The notes under the pieces were generated by a model. The model made no database searches and was not told the origin of the DNA. It saw nothing but the letters and a program-made list of their open reading frames with translations. From Octopus bimaculoides (lineage: Eukaryota): DNA of 64,000 nucleotides. The stretch's first letter is position 1. Every line of letters starts with the position of its first letter. Of this stretch, positions 56,601-64,000 are shown piece by piece. Where the stretch lies: the NCBI RefSeq assembly GCF_001194135.2, contig NC_068990.1:30244227-30308226 (forward strand). The letters run 5' to 3'. The position numbers and the translations under genes were made by a program.

Positions 56601-58008
56601 CACAAAATGAGGATAGCAACATAGAGTGGTGTGTGTGTGTGTGTGTGTTTGTGTGTGTGTAATAAGTCTCACTTTTGGCACAAGACCAGTAAATTTGAGA
56701 GGAAGGGCAATCCTTTTTGATGATTTTAGAAAAATAGTTTATGCAACACAAATCATTGTTGATTATAAAGTCTAGGCCACATTCACTAGCAAACATCTTA
56801 AGGTTGGTGGTCATGGAGGGAGAAAGTAAATCTGTTTTTTTTTTTTACTCCCAAAATGTATAGTTATGCACTTGTCTACAGCCAGCTTGAGTTGACAGTT
56901 GGTAGCCTATTGGATGAGAACGATGATGTATGTATATCTAACTGGCACCCCATTGGTTACGACAACAACGACTCCAGTCGATCCGATCAACAGAACAGCC
57001 TACTCATGAAATTAACAAGCAAATGACTGAGTACTCCACAGATACACATACCCTTAATGTAGTTTTCAGGGAGGTTCAGCATGACACATCAAATGGGACA
57101 AAGCTGGCCCTTTGAAATACAGGTACAACTCATTTTCACCAGCCGAGTGGCCTGGAGCAATATGAAATAAAGTGTCTTGCTCAAGGACACAATGTACCAC
57201 CAGGAATTGAACTGATGATCTTTATGGTCATAAGCCAAATACCCTGACCACTTAGCTATGCACCCTCGCTATATGTCTGTATGCACTATGTGGTGGTTTC
57301 AGTGTAACACAAACACTTTCTTTGGATTTGAAAAGTGCATGGCTATTTTCAGATAAAACTTGTTGTAGTCATACATTGTCACACCAGACACTGCCAAGAT
57401 TACCTTGGACTATATAGCCAGACGTGACCATCAAAGGATTCCAGAACATCTGTTTTACTAAAATATCAACTAAAATTTCATGTTATTCCCTACAGCTCTT
57501 CTCCACAGTTGCTGAGTGAGTGACTCCATATTTCTCTGTACAGACACACAGGAACACAGTCATATGCATATAAGTGTTTTTCAATATGTTTTTCTATACT
57601 TCATTGCTTCATCATTTTAACATTCACTTTTCCATGCTTGCATGTTGAAGTAGATTTGTTTCACAGCTAGATGCCTTTCCACATGTTTCCATGCAAGATA
57701 TTTCCACATGGCTGGATATATTTCCATGGAACAATGGAAACAAATGGCACTTCTTGCATGATAGTGAAGCTTGTTTGCAACAATCACACAAAACCAAGAC
57801 AAGGAGGCACAAACATATAAATGCCGGTTTATATATAAGGACCTTCTTTCAGTTTCTGTTTACCAAAGCCATTCAAAAGATTTTAGTCAGCCTGGAGCCA
57901 TAGTAGGGGACACTTGCCCTCCAGCATGCTGCACAATTGGCATTGAAAGCAAAACCACAAGCACACTTCTTAACCAAACAGCCATTCCTGTGCATGCATA
58001 CAGATATA

Positions 58009-58051
<43 letters not shown>

Positions 58052-59660
58052 GACAGGAAGCCCCTAGCTACATTGGTGGAAACTTCTAGGTTGAAAGTGG
58101 GTGTTATATATATATATAATCTATATCAAGGGATGTCCCAACACCACTTTACCACAATCTCTTCCACCATTGCTCTCCATATCTTACTCTCTAGCTCACT
58201 CGACTTTCCTTTCCAACCAGGTTAATCCATGTATCTACACCAAATCACCTATTTTGTCAGTTAATCTTAAATCCTTGAAACAATCTCTATTTTGCTCTGT
58301 TAGTCATTAACGAATGCTGAAAGACTTGTGTTCTTTTCCCAACTAAGAGGAAAATTATACTTCAGTAAGAATTTCTTGTATATGTCATTCAGTGCATCCA
58401 TACATTTTTGGTTTAGTTCATTCAATACATCCATACATACTAGATTTATTTCAGTCAACACTATTGGTTTATTTGAATCTTTTCAATTCAATTCCTGTGT
58501 TTACATACATATATATATATATATACATGTGCTTATGTGTATGTATATATATATATGTGTGTGTCTGTGTGTGTGCGTACATATGCATGCATAAATGTGT
58601 ATGTACATTTATATTTGTGTGTGTGTGTGTACAGAGAGAGAGAGAAAGGGAGAAAGTATTGTTGACTGATCAAATATTAAAAGATAATCAGGAAAATATG
58701 AGAGACAAAGCAACGCCTTCGTGACGACGTCCGATGACTACACAATGTTAATGCCTTCCACTAGGAATACAAAGCTGCTTCTTATTTGTGTTAAGTCAGA
58801 ACTAAGAAACTGCCAAATGGCCATGGGGTGGATGGGTGAGGTGGCACTTGGAGAAACCAGGCTATTTTGGAGTTCTTTGTCTGCATTTGTTTCAACTGCA
58901 ATGATTTGGGTTTTGAAAATAAAGAACTTAAGGCAGGTTTTGGTATTGATATTTTTAAAAACCTTTTTTTATATTTCATTTATCAATTATATATATTGAT
59001 AGTGAAAGAGACAGGGTTGCATTACCATAACCACCAACCAACCAACTACACACACACACACAAAGTTTCTATTTACCGAATCCACTCAAGATTTATGTCA
59101 GTCCGAGGCTATAGTAGAAGACACTTGCTCAAAGTGCCACACAGTGGGACTGAACCCAGAGCCATGTGGTTAGTAAGCAAGCTACTTACCACACAGCCAC
59201 TCGAATATAAAACATACAGGAGTAAAAAGAAAAACATTAACTAAAACAAGAGATTATGGAGTAAACCTAGGCTTTATGGAGTAGAACTAAACTCTGTAAG
59301 AAATACTCTTTGATACTCCTCTGTTTCTGGCGAATTACTCTTTCAGAATAGATAGTTTGTGTGTGATAAGCATAGCAGCAGTTTTATCATCTGATGTCAT
59401 CATTCCAGAATATCTACATAATGTATATTAGATGACAAAGATTATCTTCACTGCCCACAGCTGTCAAGCATATTAATAGATAACTATATCTGTGCATGTT
59501 TATGTATGTATGTGTATAAATATACATATGGATATATATATGTGTGTGTGTGTGTGTGTATTATATATATATATAAATTCAGAAGAATGGTACAACAAGG
59601 CACCAATATATATATATATATATATAATAATAATACACACACAATATTTACATACATATA

Positions 59661-59693
<33 letters not shown>

Positions 59694-59932
59694 TCACAGA
59701 TGTGTCTACATATGTATGTGCCTGTGTGTGGTTCATTCAAGACTGAAGCTGCTTTACAATAACAATGAAGAGTGAAAGGAGGAGGAGGAGGAATTGTAAC
59801 ATCTTTTGATTTTTCCTGAAGACCATTTGGATTGTTCTAAAAAACTGAAAATGGTTTCCACTGATGAACTGAAATGGGTGGGACAGGAGTGGTGACACAA
59901 TTTCACAGCAACTTAACACCACCACCACCACC

Positions 59933-59990
<58 letters not shown>

Positions 59991-61224
59991 GAAAGCAACA
60001 ATACCGACAGCAGTAATAACAAGCTTGAATTTTGGCACAATGCCAGCAATTTTGAAGGGAAGAGGAAGCTGACTACACTGACCCCCAGTACTTGACTGGT
60101 ACTCATTTTATTGACCCTCAAAGAATGAAAAGCAAAGTCAACCTTTGCAGAATTTTTATTCAGAATGTAATGAGCTGCAAGAAATCTGTTGAGCACTTTG
60201 TCTGATATGCTCACCTTCCTACCAGCTTACCACTGCCATAATCATCATCGTCATCATCACCATCATCATCCAATGTCTGTTTCCCAAGCTGGCATGGCTT
60301 GGAATGGTTTGACAGAAGCCGGAAAGGCTGGGAGCCATACCAGGCACTTTTTCTGTTTCGGCAGGGTTTCTACAGCTGGATGCCTTTCCAAATGACAATC
60401 ACTTTCGAGACTGGACTGGGTGCTTTCTATGTAGAACCAGCTCCAGTGTTTTTTGCATAGCACCAGCACCTACAGGGTCACCAAGTAACTTGTAACAAGA
60501 CAAAAAAAAAAGATAAAAGAAAAAAAAAGACAAAGCTTCCCCCCCACTCAACTGGGAATGGGGGAATGGATTAAAAGTATAAAGGGACAGAGAGAGATGT
60601 CTTGTTGCTGTTCTTCAGATGACCCATGGAAAGGAAAGCAGAATGAGTTGAATTTAATTTTTGGCAGAAGACCAGCACTTTTAGAGAGGAAACAAGTGGA
60701 GTACATTGACCCCCACCCCCACCTACCCCCTCCAGAATCTGAGTGGTAATTTATTTTATCAACCCCAAAAGGATGAAAGGTGAAGTTGACCTCAGCAGGA
60801 TTTGAACTCAGAATGTAAATAGTGGGAAGAAATGCCATGAAGCATTTGGTCTGGCATGCCATCAGTTCTTACCAGGGTGTCCGTCATCTTAATAATAATA
60901 ATAATGATAATAATAATGACGATAGTCAAGACGAAGAGCGTGATTCGATTGTATGAATGTTTTATTCGTTGAACAATATTTTGACAGTACGTCTGTCTTT
61001 GTTGTCAAGTTCAAAACAAAAGGTGATTAAAAGTTCAAAATTTCAGAAATCTAAACGTAAACTATGAACGAGAGTAACCAGCGTCCATACGTTGATGTAA
61101 TGACATCATCAGTTTTTAAGTTTTATAACACTTGCCCAATGTGTCATGCAGTAGGACTGAACCTGGAACCATGTGGTTGGTAAGCAAGCTTCTTACCACA
61201 CAGCCACTCATATGCCCATGTGTG

Positions 61225-61295
<71 letters not shown>

Positions 61296-61306
61296 ACGAT
61301 GATGAT

Positions 61307-61346
<40 letters not shown>

Positions 61347-62075
61347 AGATATAGATATACACACACACAAATATGCAAACAGATTACATGCATAGACACA
61401 TATTTATATACACACACATATGTGTGTTCATGTGTGTGTGTTCCTGCCTTCCTTAACCCCATCTGAGAAAAGGTCACACACATCATATTTTTTGTTTTTG
61501 GGTTTTGGTAAAGAGGAACCAACAACTCTTTTGTGAGAATCATTAAGTATGAGAGTGGGATTGCTGGCATATAAGGAGGAGGACAACCTATAGAAATGGT
61601 GACCCACAGGAATTTCAGCTTGATGGAGTTTAGAAACTGAAGGCACAACAGGAAAATGTATTCACTTTCATTAAATATATTTAGTTGTTGAAAGATAGGG
61701 GACGGGGGGGTCTGTAGGGTTTGGAAAAAGGCAATGGATCCCCTTTCCTTCCTCAAATTAAATGATTAAATTAGGGGGAAAAAAAACATATATAAAAGTG
61801 AATTGGCTTGATACTGCCGGAAGTCAGTACCAGGTCATGGCCAAAGCAAAGCGGGAACAAAGATGCTAGAAATAACTGCTAAATCACATCCAAATCACAT
61901 GCGATCAGCATCATCATCATTTAACATCCATTTTCCATACTGGCATCGGTCTGGATGGTTTGACAGGAACTGGCAAGCCAGAGGGCTGCACCAGGCCCCA
62001 ATAGTCTGTTTTGACATGAGGCCGATGGCTGGATGCCCTTTGTAATGCCAACCACTCCAAGAGTGCAATGGATGC

Positions 62076-62116
<41 letters not shown>

Positions 62117-63007
62117 GAGAGAGAGAGAGAGAGATAGAGAGAGAGAGAGGAGGTGTTACTGTCACCTTATTTTGACATTGCATGATAGTTGTAAATGAGT
62201 ATCCCTGTCATGCAAGCAGTGTCCTTTGTTTCCAATCTTCCTTGAAAACATGTCTGGTCATGGGAAAACATTACCTTACTTGAAATTAGGCGAGGGTTAG
62301 CAATAGGAAGAGAGGGAGAGGTCTTGTCTTGCAGGTACTTGGTGACCTCACCAGTGCTGGTGCCACTTAAAAAGCACCGAGTACACTATGTAAAGTGATT
62401 GGCATTAAAAAGGGCATCAGGCTGTAGAAACCCTGCCAAAGTGCAGGCATAGAATATGGTGGAGCCCTTCGGCTCATCTGTTCTTGTCGAACCATCCAAC
62501 CCATGCCAGCATGGAAAAAGTACATTAAATGATGATACATGCATGGTTATAAGTACACACACACACACACATACACTCTCTCTCTTTTTCTCCTCTCTCT
62601 CTCTCTCTCTCCTATATTCTTACATTATAGACATAAAACTAACATATAGTTACATGTATGAAACAAGATTAGCACACATACATATGCAAGAAATAGCAAC
62701 TAAATCTCCCTCAAATCACACCCTACTATTTAAGATAAGGAAACATTGGATAATAGATATTAATGTAGTCCTGCATATAGCAAACATACAGTATGGCCAT
62801 GGATGGAATGGCCCTGATCAGATTGATCAGAGTTGATTCAGAGCTTCTCTTCCTCCTCATTGCCTCCACCACCATCATTATTATCATCGTAATCACCAAG
62901 AACATAAAGTATCAGACACACATACACACAGATTATCATACACATTCAAACACAAGCATAAATAGAAATGCATGAGTATATACACATAATCCCTGACACA
63001 CTTTGGT

Positions 63008-63036
<29 letters not shown>

Positions 63037-63038
<2 letters not shown>

Positions 63039-63909
63039 GGGTGCAGTGAATATATTGTCATCTAAATTAAACAAAAATGAAAATAACACTGACATCTCAT
63101 TTTAACAGATATATTTACCAAAATTACATAAAAAATCTTGAAATACTAAAGGGTAAATTTATTCAATAAAATCGCCATTGGCTTCAGTCACGGCCTCCAG
63201 ACAAATTCGGAATCTCCTGCAACTCTTCTGGATGGTCCCCTTGTTTAAGTTGGTGAATGCTGCCATAATCCTTGCCTTCAGTTCATCTTTGGTGTGTTAC
63301 AAGGAGTTTTGTTGGTTTCTCACTCAACTGTGCCCCACACATGATAATCAAGGGGGTTGCAGTCTGGGGAGTTAGGTAGTCAGATGTTAGGGGTGATGTG
63401 GTTACAGAAATTGTCCGACAACAATGGCTGGGTTCTCCTGCTTGTGTGGCATGGTGCAGAGTCCTGTTGCCAGACATAGGGTCTTCTAGTAGCCACCCTC
63501 TTGACCCAGGGCAGCACTGCCTCCTCCAGGCACATGATGTAGGCATCCATGTTGAGTCTGAAGCATGAGTGAGAAGATGAATGGAGGCATAATGTTGCTA
63601 TCACTAACGATCACTCCAAACACCGTGATGTTGACTGGATGTTTGATTTTTATGTCTCTCAGTACATGTCCTCAGATTGACATCCAAACACTAAAATGTC
63701 CGTATTGGAGCTTCTGGTGTGAATGCCAAGCAGTACAGCATGTTGTTTTCAAATTTCTGGCAAAATGAATTGCATCATGGTACTGTTTTTCTCACAGACA
63801 GTGCCCAGCTGACCCTACTATACTGTAAAGTTGACAAAATCAAAAACAAACAATGCACATGTGCAAAATTAAAAATATAAAATTGTGACAATTTACCCAT
63901 TGCACCCTG
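63037..63909 (-). mobile_element. Internally deleted DD37D (maT) Tc1/mariner transposon with both TIRs
   Basis: TA-CAGGGTGCAGTGAATATATTGTCA ... TGACAATTTACCCATTGCACCCTG-TA. Protein reads WQQDSAPCH...NI*LPNSPDCNPLDY, with 37 residues between the two Asp. Confidence 0.88.
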
Positions 63910-63955
<46 letters not shown>

Positions 63956-64000
63956 CACATATATATANNNNNNNNNNCACACACACACATATATATATAT

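Overview
Animal (eukaryotic) genomic DNA: AT-rich, full of microsatellites, with several N gaps. The repeat landscape suggests an octopus (coleoid cephalopod); this is inferred, not confirmed. One intact protein-coding gene is present: mitochondrial methionyl-tRNA synthetase (MARS2-like, + strand). I assembled 12 coding exons by hand from 3210 to 32134. All introns are GT-AG with matching phases, giving 1629 nt and 542 aa, with a presequence-like N-terminus, HIGH and KMSKS. The rest is mobile DNA: several tRNA-derived SINE families, RTE, R4/Dong-like and CR1-like LINE 3' ends, a Gypsy integrase remnant, Tc1, mariner and DD37D remnants, and several long foldback elements. Most notable: (1) a four-copy palindromic element with 10-15 bp target-site duplications, fixed ends and a hammerhead-ribozyme-like motif in its loop, present in two loop orientations; (2) a tRNA-headed SINE carrying a minimal hammerhead motif; (3) a Merlin-like MITE with ~230 bp TIRs; (4) a 154 bp inverted templated insertion copied from about 1.5 kb away. 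No second gene could be supported in 32-64 kb. Most ORFs in the supplied track are artefacts of gaps, microsatellites or repeats. Repeat boundaries are approximate unless a TSD is quoted.
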